Below, in pieces: positions 50,343-60,042 of a stretch of DNA of 64,000 bases; the stretch's first letter is position 1, and each line of letters begins with the position of its first letter. A program made the translations under genes and the position numbers. Source of the stretch: Negativicutes bacterium (GTDB taxonomy: Bacteria; Bacillota; Negativicutes; UBA1444); assembly GCA_963665275.2 (NCBI GenBank), contig CAXXIN010000001.1, forward strand, positions 115,580-179,579. The letters run 5' to 3'. Below the pieces are notes generated by a model that did not search any database, was not told where the DNA came from, and saw nothing but the letters and a program-made list of their open reading frames with translations.

Positions 50343-51908
50343 CTAAACTGGTTTCAGGGTATGTTCCGGATCGAAACTGGAGGAATGAGCCAAAATTTTC
50401 ATTGACACAAGAATATGAAATCGTATTTCCGCATTATTGAAATCGGCATTGTCCATAATCTCTCCAATGCGATCCAAACGATAAATCACACTATTGCGGT
50501 GAAGGTGCAAAATTTTTGCAGTTAAGGTAATATTCCGGTCATTATTCAAATAAATATCCAGCAATTGCAGGTTATTGTTCCCGGTTTTCATATCGGATTC
50601 TATCAGCTTATATAGCGGTAGAAAACAAAAGGAGGTGGCGCTGCTTTTTTCCGAAACCAAGGCAAGGATATGGTGAAAATAATAATCTCTGTAGAAAAAA
50701 AAGTTTCTTCCCATGATGGGCATCTGTTGTCCCAGTTCTACAGCGGCGGTAGCCTGCAAAAAGGCAATGCGGATGTTTTTAAGCAGACTAAAACATTCGC
50801 TGATGCCGCAATAGGCGTTGTGAACCTTTAAGAATTCATCCACTTGCGTGGCTCTTTCGGCGGAATTGAGTTTGGAACTTTCTCTACTGAACATGCAGAG
50901 GCTCTCCATATACAGAAAAACTTCGACACCTGGTAGGTGCCGTTGTAACCGGCTCATGATCAAATGATAATGGGAGGAAGAAAACGGGTTGGTGATAAAG
51001 CGATAGAAATAAAAATTGCCGCTCAGCGGGAGCTTGAGATATTTTACTCGTTCCTCAAGCTCTTCGGAATTGGGCATGCGTCCTTCGAGCAAATCAACCA
51101 GGAAGTATTCGCAAGAACGCCGTTCATGATTCGATTGATTTTCCAAATACTCATAATGCTTCTGCAGGGCGTTGCATAAGTGATCGATGATTTCGAATAA
51201 TCCGGAATGGGGCTCAATTCCCCCAAAAAACATGCAGAATATCGCGGCGGTGTTGCCGTTGATGGTCAATGAACGCATAATTTCGATGCTGTCGGCCACG
51301 TTGGGGGGGCGATGGATAGATGTTTCACAAAAACGCTTTGGCGTGTTCAACATATATTTGTTTACGAAACGGTTCACGGTCTTGGCCGAAAGATATCCTC
51401 TGTTGACGAATTCCTGATAAAGAAAATTGTCGCTCGCAATCTCTTTACTATGCGCCAGCAATGAAAAACTCGGATCCCAGATGCATACTCCATATTGGAT
51501 CCAGTCTGTGGAAATATCGAGGAAATGCTGAATCGCTTGGTGGGTAATATAAGCGATTTGCAGTTGGACATCCCACTGGCGTAACTTGCTGAAGTAATCT
51601 TGAACACTGTTTGACAGCTCAGGCAGGCTGGAATATTTGATTTGAATGACCGTGTTATTGTTTTCGTTCAACTGGATTACCGTTTCCTTGGGCAGGATGT
51701 TGACCAGAAAACATTTTCCCTTGTTTTGCGCATTGGCACGGTGAAGTTGTTTGGCACTCATAACATAGACATGTTGGTCAGATAAAAGTTGCATTGCATG
51801 AGTGTAGAGGTACGTTTCCTGGAAGCTCCGTTTTGTATGGTTGCAGACCTGTACATCGCTTGAAAGTCGCTCTAGATGATATAGCAACATATCAATTGAT
51901 ATATTCAT
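50343..51908 (-). CDS. PucR/CdaR family transcriptional regulator
   Basis: C-terminal TAKILHLHRNSVIYRLDRI HTH, preceded by a GIS..F...I..AF.QA GGDEF-like region. Confidence 0.88.
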   Translation of the reverse strand: MNISIDMLLYHLERLSSDVQVCNHTKRSFQETYLYTHAMQLLSDQHVYVMSAKQLHRANAQNKGKCFLVNILPKETVIQLNENNNTVIQIKYSSLPELSNSVQDYFSKLRQWDVQLQIAYITHQAIQHFLDISTDWIQYGVCIWDPSFSLLAHSKEIASDNFLYQEFVNRGYLSAKTVNRFVNKYMLNTPKRFCETSIHRPPNVADSIEIMRSLTINGNTAAIFCMFFGGIEPHSGLFEIIDHLCNALQKHYEYLENQSNHERRSCEYFLVDLLEGRMPNSEELEERVKYLKLPLSGNFYFYRFITNPFSSSHYHLIMSRLQRHLPGVEVFLYMESLCMFSRESSKLNSAERATQVDEFLKVHNAYCGISECFSLLKNIRIAFLQATAAVELGQQMPIMGRNFFFYRDYYFHHILALVSEKSSATSFCFLPLYKLIESDMKTGNNNLQLLDIYLNNDRNITLTAKILHLHRNSVIYRLDRIGEIMDNADFNNAEIRFHILVSMKILAHSSSFDPEHTLKPV

Positions 51909-52164
51909 GAGATCTCCTCTTCCGAAAAAGTTTGTTTATATATTCAGAATACCTTATCTGTCAGGGGTATGCAACCTTATTGAAGGTCTACGAGAACAGC
52001 AAATTCGGGGAATACTCCCAATAAATTACTGTGCAAAAAGACTAGTAATTGGTTGAATATTTATTGAAAATTCATCATTTCTTACGAAGAAAATTGGAAA
52101 GGTTCGGAGTATTCTATGAGATGAGAACAATCTGACCCATGCGATTATTAAAGGAGGAATTATT

Positions 52165-54189
52165 TTGATTTTTGACCGCTTATTTCAACCCATTGACATC
52201 AATGGACTAACTTTAAAAAACAGACTGGTGATGCCGGCTATTCATCACCTTTATACTCCCGATGGTTATGCAACTGCAAAATTCAATGAATACTACTGGA
52301 AAAGGGCCGAGGGAGGCGTCGGCCTGGTCATTGCCGGCGGCTGCCGATTTGACGATTACGGCGCGCCTTGGGCCATGATGAGCCTTCAGCATGATGATAT
52401 GATACCGGGATGGAAAGAATTCACCGATGGCATGCATAAAAGAGGTGCGGCAGTCGCTGTTCAATTGTATCATGCGGGCCGATACTCGCGGAAGAAGAAC
52501 GTGCCGGAAGGAAAAGCGGCCCTGGCTCCATCGGCGGTTCTAGCCAGCTATACCAACGAGACTGCCAAAGCCATGACCAAAGATGAGATTCAAGAGGTTG
52601 TGCAGAAATGGGCGAATGCCGCCGTAAGGGCTAAAAAAGCGGGGTTTGACGCTGTGGAGATCATTGGATGCGGCGGATATCTGATTTGCCAGTTTCTGTC
52701 TCCCATCACCAATTTGCGAACCGATGAATACGGCGGAACCTGGGAAAACCGCTGCCGATTTCCGCTTGAAGTCATTGCCGCGGTCAGAGCCGCCGTTGGT
52801 CCCAACTATCCGCTTTTCATGAGAATCGCGGGAAATGATTTTATGAAGGGTTCAAACACTAACACGGAAGCTGTTGAGTTTGCCAAGGTAATTGAAAAAG
52901 CCGGTATCGATATGATCAACGTCACTGGTGGGTGGCATGAAACAAATATTCCGCAGCTCCCGGGCGATGTTCCCGGAGCGGGATACAGTTATCTCGCAGC
53001 TGCGGTCAAAAATGCGGTTTCGGTCCCGGTGATGGTGAGCAACCGGATCAATAATCCCCGTACAGCAGAAGAAATGCTGGCTCTCGGCCGGGGCGACCTG
53101 ATCAGTCTGGGTCGGGCGTTGATTGCTGATCCCGAATGGGTGAACAAGGTTCAGACAGGACGCAGTAATGAAATCAGGCCTTGCGTTGCGTGTAACCAGG
53201 GCTGCCTGGCCAAAACTTTTTTTGCCCAACCTGTTGAGTGTCTTGTCAATGGTGACTGCGGCCTCGAATATCAACGCAAAGATACACTTAAACCGGCTGC
53301 TGCGAAAAAACTTCTGGTTATCGGCGGCGGGCCGTGCGGCTGCGAATTCGCGGTTAAGGCTTCCGAGCTTGGGCATGACGTTACACTCTGGGAAAAGGAG
53401 GCTGCGATTGGCGGTCAGTTGCACGTGGTTTTCGCTCCTCCGGGCAAGCACGAATTTGCCAATTTAATCAAATATTATGAAACAATGCTGAAAAAGCATC
53501 ACGTCAAAACCGCAGTCAACAAAACCGTTGTCGAAGCGGATATCGTAGCCGGCGGGTTTGATGCAGTTTGTGTTTTGGCAACCGGTGTAACACCGAAAGA
53601 AATTATCCTGCCTGGCGCCCAAGCTGCAACGGTGGTTAACGCAGTGGATGTATTAGCTGGTCGGGTCATTCCCGGTAAGAATGTCGTTATTGTCGGCGGC
53701 GGTTCCGTAGGCTGTGAAACCGCACAATATATGGCACATAGGGGTTCGCTTTCCCCGGAACAGCTTTTCTTCCTATCCGTTCAGAAAGCGGAAACACCGG
53801 AAAAAATCCAAAGTATGTTAAACTCCAGCGACAGAAACGTGACCATTGTGGAAATTCAAAAATCCATCGGTGCGGGTTTTGAACCGGGAACCGGTTGGCC
53901 GGTATTAAAGGACTTAAAGCGACTGGGCATTACACAGCATACCTTGTCAAAGATTACGGAAATTACTTCGGAGAGTGTTATCATCGAAAAAACGAAAGAT
54001 AACACCATCGAAACCATCAAAATACTTTGTGACACGATTGTTCTGGCTGTCGGTTCCAATTCGAACACCGAGCTTTATGAGACGCTTAAAGGCAAGATTG
54101 ACAATGTTTTCGTCATCGGTGACTCCAAAAAAGTTGGGAAAATATTTGATGCGATCAGGGATGCCAATGCCATGGCTTTAAGTATTTGA
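52165..54189 (+). CDS. FadH-like FMN/FAD/4Fe-4S oxidoreductase (2,4-dienoyl-CoA reductase/enoate reductase family)
   Basis: OYE barrel (QLYHAGR, GYLICQFLSP, GGWHE), CVACNQGC...CLVN and two Rossmann motifs. Confidence 0.9.
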   Translation: MIFDRLFQPIDINGLTLKNRLVMPAIHHLYTPDGYATAKFNEYYWKRAEGGVGLVIAGGCRFDDYGAPWAMMSLQHDDMIPGWKEFTDGMHKRGAAVAVQLYHAGRYSRKKNVPEGKAALAPSAVLASYTNETAKAMTKDEIQEVVQKWANAAVRAKKAGFDAVEIIGCGGYLICQFLSPITNLRTDEYGGTWENRCRFPLEVIAAVRAAVGPNYPLFMRIAGNDFMKGSNTNTEAVEFAKVIEKAGIDMINVTGGWHETNIPQLPGDVPGAGYSYLAAAVKNAVSVPVMVSNRINNPRTAEEMLALGRGDLISLGRALIADPEWVNKVQTGRSNEIRPCVACNQGCLAKTFFAQPVECLVNGDCGLEYQRKDTLKPAAAKKLLVIGGGPCGCEFAVKASELGHDVTLWEKEAAIGGQLHVVFAPPGKHEFANLIKYYETMLKKHHVKTAVNKTVVEADIVAGGFDAVCVLATGVTPKEIILPGAQAATVVNAVDVLAGRVIPGKNVVIVGGGSVGCETAQYMAHRGSLSPEQLFFLSVQKAETPEKIQSMLNSSDRNVTIVEIQKSIGAGFEPGTGWPVLKDLKRLGITQHTLSKITEITSESVIIEKTKDNTIETIKILCDTIVLAVGSNSNTELYETLKGKIDNVFVIGDSKKVGKIFDAIRDANAMALSI

Positions 54190-54237
54190 TTTATTGCCCC
54201 AATAGCAATAAAAATGAAGGGTAGGGGGGGATATTGA

Positions 54238-55599
54238 ATGAAAAACTATGACGCAATAATTATCGGTTCCGGTATGGGCGGGATTGCGGCCGCAATGATG
54301 CTCGCCCATAAAGGTAAAAAGGTGGTGGTGTTTGAAAAAAACACCTTGCTGGGTGGAAGATTAAGCTCGTATAAGAAAGACGGATTTACCCTTGATATTG
54401 GTGTACACGTGATTTCGCGGGGCGAAAAAGGCCCAGTGGTTGAATGCCTGTCGAGGGTTGGAATTGAGAACCCCATTAAATTTATTAAGATCCGTCCGCT
54501 TGTCAGCTTCAATGGCAAACCCTTTGTTTTTCCGCATGACTTAAAGGATATGGTGGCGGAAAAAGATTTCAATTCATTGATGAAGTTTATGTCCGACGTC
54601 ATGACTTATACTGAGGAGCAAATTAGCGAACTGGATCAGATTACCCTCAAGGAATTGCTGCTGCGATATACGGACAATGAAGTGATTCATACGGTGGTAA
54701 GCAGAATTGGTTCAATATATTGCGGCATACCTGCCTGGGTTGAAGCCGCAGGCGAATTTGTCCGCTGTATGAGCTGGGAAGCAAAGGCAAGAGCTTCCGG
54801 GTACCCGGAAGGCGGCTGCGTGGCGATCACCAACGCATTCGTTGAGGGAATCAAAACGTTCGGTGGCGAGGTCGTCAATAATTCGCCGGTGGAAAAAATC
54901 ATCGTTGAAAATGGCAGGGCCGTTGGAGTAATAGTTGGCGGCAAGACTTATAAGGCCGAGATGATAATATCCAATGCTGACATTAGAAATACTGTATTGA
55001 ATTTGATTGATCCGGGAACCTTTGCGGCGGAGTATGTTGAATACGTTAAGAATTTGAAATATGCCTGGGCGGGTCCGGTGATAAGGATTGCGCTTGATCA
55101 GAAAATAACCGACCTAAAAATGCTGGCTCAATTTGGCGAAGTTGGTCAAGAGCAGTACTTCGACAAAATCAGAAGAGGCGTTATGCCGGAACAATTAAAC
55201 TTGTTCCTGGTTGTTCCGTCGAATTTCTCGCCGGTTGTGGCGCCTGAAGGCAAGCAGCTTATTAATGTGGCAACGCCGATACCGACAGATACATCGCAGG
55301 AAGTAATCGATCGATTGCAGGAAGCGATGCTTGATACCGCCGAAAAGTATATCCCGGATTTAAGAAAACATATTATGTGGACTGATTTTATGAGCATCAA
55401 TGCCTGCGCTGGTTTAGCCGGAGAAGACGGCTGTACGATTGGTATCGCTCAAAGTCCCGGTCAGGTTGGGGCGAAACGGCCGAAGATTAAGACGCCGCTT
55501 GAGGGCCTCTATATTGTAGGTTGTGATTGCGGCGGCGCCGGAGTTGGAATTGAATTGGCGGCGAATAGTGCTTTGGAGTTTATTGATAATTATTGCTAA
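54238..55599 (+). CDS. Phytoene desaturase-like FAD-dependent oxidoreductase
   Basis: IIIGSGMGG, EKN..LGG, GFTLDIG.H, YPEGG, APEGK and TPLEGLYIVG. Confidence 0.85.
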   Translation: MKNYDAIIIGSGMGGIAAAMMLAHKGKKVVVFEKNTLLGGRLSSYKKDGFTLDIGVHVISRGEKGPVVECLSRVGIENPIKFIKIRPLVSFNGKPFVFPHDLKDMVAEKDFNSLMKFMSDVMTYTEEQISELDQITLKELLLRYTDNEVIHTVVSRIGSIYCGIPAWVEAAGEFVRCMSWEAKARASGYPEGGCVAITNAFVEGIKTFGGEVVNNSPVEKIIVENGRAVGVIVGGKTYKAEMIISNADIRNTVLNLIDPGTFAAEYVEYVKNLKYAWAGPVIRIALDQKITDLKMLAQFGEVGQEQYFDKIRRGVMPEQLNLFLVVPSNFSPVVAPEGKQLINVATPIPTDTSQEVIDRLQEAMLDTAEKYIPDLRKHIMWTDFMSINACAGLAGEDGCTIGIAQSPGQVGAKRPKIKTPLEGLYIVGCDCGGAGVGIELAANSALEFIDNYC

Positions 55600-55646
55600 A
55601 CTACTATAATTTTGCGGTTAGATTTCGACCTCCTTCGCAACAGAAA

Positions 55647-55701
55647 AGCAGGGGCTGTCTCAAATAGGTTTAAAACCTGTTTTTTGAACACAGCCCCTGC
55701 T
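55647..55701. terminator. Long hairpin between convergent genes
   Basis: AGCAGGGGCTGT-CTCAAA...TTTGAAC-ACAGCCCCTGCT with inner AGGTTTAAAACCT. Confidence 0.6.
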
Positions 55702-55769
55702 ATCGTTATCGCCTTCCGGGAATTTATCTGTTTTCTGAGGGTCGTCGCATCAGTAAATTGTCATAAAAT

Positions 55770-57239
55770 TTAGTTGTCCTTTTCAAGTTTATAGCAGAGG
55801 ATTCTGCGGGACATGTTCAGATAGTTCGCCGTTTCCGTTTTATTGCCTTTATGCATCTCCAATGCCTTGCGGAGCAAAAGGTCATTAAATTTGTTCAGAT
55901 CAAAACTTTTAGGGGGCAGAACAAAATTGTCCAGATCGATCAACGCAGCAGCAGATTCTTGAACCGGCTGCGTTACCTCCGTACTGTAGTCTTCACTGTT
56001 TCTATACATGATCCCCAAATGTTCGGGACGTACTTCAGAATCGTCATGCATGAAGGTGACCCACTCGATTACATTCCGCAGTTCGCGGATGTTGCCCGGC
56101 CAGGCATAAGCCTGAAGCAGTGTGGCTGCTTCTCTGCCGATTTCCGTAAAATGTTTCTTTCGAGAATGGGAGAATTCCTGTAGAAAAGAACAGGCCAACG
56201 GGAGAATTTCTGCTGATCTTTCCCGCAATGGCGGTAAGAGAATATGTCCAACATTTAATCGGTAATACAAATCTTTGCGGAATTTTCCCTGCGCGATCAT
56301 TTCGGATAAATCGACATTGGTTGCGCAGATGATACGCACGTCGGTTTCAAGCTTTTTGACTCCGCCCACCCGATAATAGGTTTTTTCCTGAATGACACGC
56401 AGCAGTTTGCTTTGTTGCTCAAGCGGCATCTCGCCAATTTCGTCCAAAAACAAGGTTCCGCCGGCTGCCATATCCAATTTTCCTTTTTGGCCTTTGGCTA
56501 AGCCGCCGGTAAAAGCGCCGGCCTCATAACCGAACAGTTCGCTTTCAAATAAACTGCTGGTGAATGCGGCGCAGTTGATGTCAACGAAAGGCAGAGGGTG
56601 GGCCGTTTGGCCGAAATGAATCATTTTGGCGATGATTTCTTTTCCGGTTCCAGTTTCACCCTGTATCAACACCGGAATAGATCGGTCCGTATGGTACTTG
56701 TTCGCTTGCTCCACGATTCGGCGCATCGAGTCGGAAAAAATTCCGATATTGCCGAGGCCGACAGATCTGGCCATAATCGTTTTTAATTCAGACAGCTCTT
56801 TGCGGGTTTCCGCAGTTGCAGTATTAACCTCACTTTCAAAATTGGAGGTGAGGCGTTTGTTTTCCCGCAGCAATGTCTGATGCTCTGCAATTCTCTCGGT
56901 CAATACGGCCAGCTCTTCCATATTGATCGGTTTCAGCAGGTAATCGTAGGCGCCCGATCTCAGTGCTGTAATGGCGGTTTCCATGTCTCCGTGTCCAGTA
57001 AACAGCACGATGTCCGTTTCAGGCTTGACAGGCCTGTTGAAAAGAGTTTGCAAAAGTTCGATTCCGGAGATTCCAGGCATCCGGATATCGGAGAGGACCA
57101 TGCCGAAGTCTTTGTTGGGAAAAACCGTCAATGCGTCTTCGCCAGTTTCGCATTCGACGACTTGATGGCCCATCTGGCGCAGAAATCGTGCGATCCATTG
57201 TCGGCTGTTCTCGTCGTCATCTACAAGAAGAATGTACAT
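55770..57239 (-). CDS. NtrC/AtoC-family sigma54-dependent response regulator
   Basis: Receiver domain (LVDDD, SDIRMP), GETGTGKE, ESELFGYEAGAFTGG, WPGNIRE and a Fis-type HTH. Confidence 0.94.
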   Translation of the reverse strand: MYILLVDDDENSRQWIARFLRQMGHQVVECETGEDALTVFPNKDFGMVLSDIRMPGISGIELLQTLFNRPVKPETDIVLFTGHGDMETAITALRSGAYDYLLKPINMEELAVLTERIAEHQTLLRENKRLTSNFESEVNTATAETRKELSELKTIMARSVGLGNIGIFSDSMRRIVEQANKYHTDRSIPVLIQGETGTGKEIIAKMIHFGQTAHPLPFVDINCAAFTSSLFESELFGYEAGAFTGGLAKGQKGKLDMAAGGTLFLDEIGEMPLEQQSKLLRVIQEKTYYRVGGVKKLETDVRIICATNVDLSEMIAQGKFRKDLYYRLNVGHILLPPLRERSAEILPLACSFLQEFSHSRKKHFTEIGREAATLLQAYAWPGNIRELRNVIEWVTFMHDDSEVRPEHLGIMYRNSEDYSTEVTQPVQESAAALIDLDNFVLPPKSFDLNKFNDLLLRKALEMHKGNKTETANYLNMSRRILCYKLEKDN

Positions 57240-59635
57240 TACAAAGCGTCCTCCTTTTGATCAGGCTGCCAGGGGGGGAATTGCACCCGGAAGGTAGCCC
57301 CGCCTTGCTCGTTGCTCAGTGCAGTGATGCTGCCGTTGTAGGAAGTGATAATAGACTTCACAATGGCTAGGCCGAGGCCCATGCCTTCCGACTCGCGGGT
57401 GCTGAAAAAGGGTTCGAATATCTGGTCTTTGATGTCATCAGCGATTCCTGGTCCATTATCAGACACAGTCATCAGAATGAATCCTTCTTCCAGGGTTGTC
57501 GAAATAGTAATGGATTTTTCTCTACTTTTCGCAGACTTCAAAGCATTCAGGGCGTTGATGACCAGATTGATGATGATTTCTTCCAGGCCAGTCGGAGTAC
57601 CCAATACAGGTGGTAGATCAGCGGCGAGTTTTTTTCGGAGTTGTACGCCGTTGCCGAGAAGCTGCGATTCGAGAAAATTCGCGGCGGAATCAATAATACT
57701 GTTAATATGGAACGGGGCCAGCAGGGCCGCGTTTTTCCCGTGCAGGAAGGCGCGTACGTGTTTGATGACTTTGTCGATCTTATCGGCCTGCGTAGAGATG
57801 TTTTCAATGGCATTCATCAATTCCGGCGCTTCGGTGGTGATCCCCTTGCGTTCCCAGTATTGGATGCTGTCGGTGATGATTTTGATCGAGTTTAAGGGTT
57901 GGTTGATTTCATGAGAAATACTTGCGGCCATTCTCCCCAGTGAAGAAAGCTTTTCGGCCTGAGCCAATGTTTCCTTTACGTGTAGTTTATGCAGTTCAGC
58001 CTGTTTGCGGTCGCTTATGTCCCGGATCATGCTGAAAATAACTTGTTCGCCTCCGATAACGGCGCTTACGGAACTGACTTCTACCGGAAAGGCTGAACCG
58101 TCAATGCAATGGTGCTGGGTTTCCCAAAGGATGCCGGTGCTGGCGGACACGATATCGGATAATGGAAATTGTTCCCTGGCGGCGTTCGAATCCGGTTCGA
58201 AATTTGCGTTGACATTCATAGTTAGTATTTGTTTTTTGGAGTATCCGTAAGCTCGGATGGCGGACGGATTAGCTTCCATGATTTTTCCGTCAGGACGGAT
58301 GATCAAAATGATGTCATTTGCCTGCTGGTAGAGCAATTGGTAGCGTTGCAGAGCTGTCTCGGCTTGCTTGCGTGTGGTCAGATCGTGGAGAACAATAATG
58401 AAATGGGAAAAGTTTTTTTGTTCGTCTTTGACCGGTCTTATGGCTATCTCAACTGGAATCCTGCCCTTGTCCTTTTGCGACAACAAAATCTCTTCCTGCC
58501 ATGGGCATCCAGCCAAGATAGATTCGCGGACCCTGGAATAAATGAGCGGGTCTTGCGGCGGAGGGGGTATGATTTCATGAAAAAATTTATTGAGAACCGT
58601 TTCGGCGGTCTGGTGCGTTAGTTTGAAAAATGCGAGATTGTTCCATTGGATTTTAAAATATCGGTCGGTGATAACCACTGCGTTGGCCGATGAATTCAGC
58701 CCTGTTGTCACCAGCATCAGATTTTGCTTGGTGAGTGCATCGTTGATCGCTAGTGCGATCTGTTCGGCGAAATCTTCGATCTCGTGGATGATGCGGGGGG
58801 TGAAAAAGTCTTCGTATTTGGAATAAATGCCTAGGACACCTAGCGTGTTTCCTTTGGTTTTTAATGGGAAGGCTGCTACGGACCGGATATTGCGGACAAG
58901 CAACTTTTCATACCATGGGCTGAATACTTCCCGTTCCATATCGACGATGACCGTTTTGCCGCTGCGGATGACTTTCCCGCCGACTCCCCGGCCTTCTATA
59001 CTGTCATCCCAACGGACAGTCAATTCTCTGATGCTCGGCCAAGGGGAGGGGAACCCAAAAGCGGCATCGATGCTTACCGAGCCATCCGGCTCTTTCATTC
59101 CGATCCAGGAAAAATTTAATCCATAGATGTCGATGATTTCTTTGCATACATGCATCAGGATTTCACTTAACGGTTGATCCTCGAGCACCATGAGTGCGAC
59201 TTCCTTGATCAGATAGTCGCGGAATTCCAGTTGTTTGCTTGCAGTGATATCACGCACGATTCCCTGGATTTTCACCAGGTTTCCCTGTTCGTCCAGTATC
59301 GGCAGACTGCTATGCTCCAGCCAAACTAGGGCGGAGTCTTGACGCCATAGGCGTACGACCAGGGTTTGTCCAGGGTGTTCGAGCACAGAGGCGGGAACCG
59401 AATACAATTGCTCCCGATCTTCGACGTGCAGAATTTGTGACAGCAAGTTGCTGTTCTCATAAAATGCCTTAGGCGCATATCTGGTCATCTTTTCCACGCC
59501 CGGACTGACGTATTCCAGTTTGGCGTTCGGCGGGAGTTGGTAGGAATAGATGACACTGTCTGCTTTTTCGAGAAGTGTCTGTAGAAAAATCTGGGGGGAT
59601 GGCATCAAAGGTGCTTTTGATGGCGTTGAGGGCAT
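57239..59635 (-). CDS. Cytoplasmic PAS-GAF-PAS-PAS sensor histidine kinase
   Basis: PAS/PAC motifs (RDIT, HDLT, RDIS), GAF (SVAAFPL), H-box SHEINQPL and N/G/F boxes. No TM helices. Confidence 0.92.
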   Translation of the reverse strand: MPSTPSKAPLMPSPQIFLQTLLEKADSVIYSYQLPPNAKLEYVSPGVEKMTRYAPKAFYENSNLLSQILHVEDREQLYSVPASVLEHPGQTLVVRLWRQDSALVWLEHSSLPILDEQGNLVKIQGIVRDITASKQLEFRDYLIKEVALMVLEDQPLSEILMHVCKEIIDIYGLNFSWIGMKEPDGSVSIDAAFGFPSPWPSIRELTVRWDDSIEGRGVGGKVIRSGKTVIVDMEREVFSPWYEKLLVRNIRSVAAFPLKTKGNTLGVLGIYSKYEDFFTPRIIHEIEDFAEQIALAINDALTKQNLMLVTTGLNSSANAVVITDRYFKIQWNNLAFFKLTHQTAETVLNKFFHEIIPPPPQDPLIYSRVRESILAGCPWQEEILLSQKDKGRIPVEIAIRPVKDEQKNFSHFIIVLHDLTTRKQAETALQRYQLLYQQANDIILIIRPDGKIMEANPSAIRAYGYSKKQILTMNVNANFEPDSNAAREQFPLSDIVSASTGILWETQHHCIDGSAFPVEVSSVSAVIGGEQVIFSMIRDISDRKQAELHKLHVKETLAQAEKLSSLGRMAASISHEINQPLNSIKIITDSIQYWERKGITTEAPELMNAIENISTQADKIDKVIKHVRAFLHGKNAALLAPFHINSIIDSAANFLESQLLGNGVQLRKKLAADLPPVLGTPTGLEEIIINLVINALNALKSAKSREKSITISTTLEEGFILMTVSDNGPGIADDIKDQIFEPFFSTRESEGMGLGLAIVKSIITSYNGSITALSNEQGGATFRVQFPPWQPDQKEDAL

Positions 59636-59769
59636 TTCGAAATACCTCCCGTGATTTCTGGCTTCATGGACGATAAATTGCTGTGTCGGACACTGATTCT
59701 TACTATTATAATATATGAATTATTGTATTTGATAGGTGGACTGAAAAATCTTGCAGAGTTGATCGCTCG

Positions 59770-59810
59770 TGTAATACGAAAATTGTAATACGAATTTTGT
59801 GTGAATTACA
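59770..59810. promoter_or_regulatory. Putative enhancer-binding-protein site
   Basis: Direct repeat TGTAATACGAA (59770 and 59784) plus an inverted TTACA at 59806, upstream of the + strand sigma54 box. Confidence 0.5.
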
Positions 59811-59928
59811 ATCTTGGACGTGGGTCTTTGAGATAAAGAAGGTTTGTTATTGAAGATTTTAGTGCGCTTTTAAAAAGAAGGCGAGTGTTTAATCAGGTAT
59901 ATTCAGGCTTTTCGCAATTTACACTATG

Positions 59929-59976
59929 CTTATAGTGCAAGAAGCATGCCAGCTGGCATGCTTCTTGCACTATAAG
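59929..59976. promoter_or_regulatory. Perfect 48-bp palindrome forming two back-to-back sigma54 promoters
   Basis: CTTATAGTGCAAGAAGCATGCCAG|CTGGCATGCTTCTTGCACTATAAG. Each strand reads TGGCATGCTTCTTGCA. Confidence 0.85.
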
Positions 59977-60042
59977 GGGACGCACAAGGGCAGGGACACT
60001 ATTGGTTTCACTTGCTCGTATTTTAGGAAGGAGTCGATTTGG

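Noticed and set aside
24720-54189. Bile-acid bai operon or carnitine cai operon
   Set aside because: BaiF/CaiB-like and BaiCD-like families are present, but no CoA ligase, BaiA SDR, BaiE or BCCT carrier is seen.
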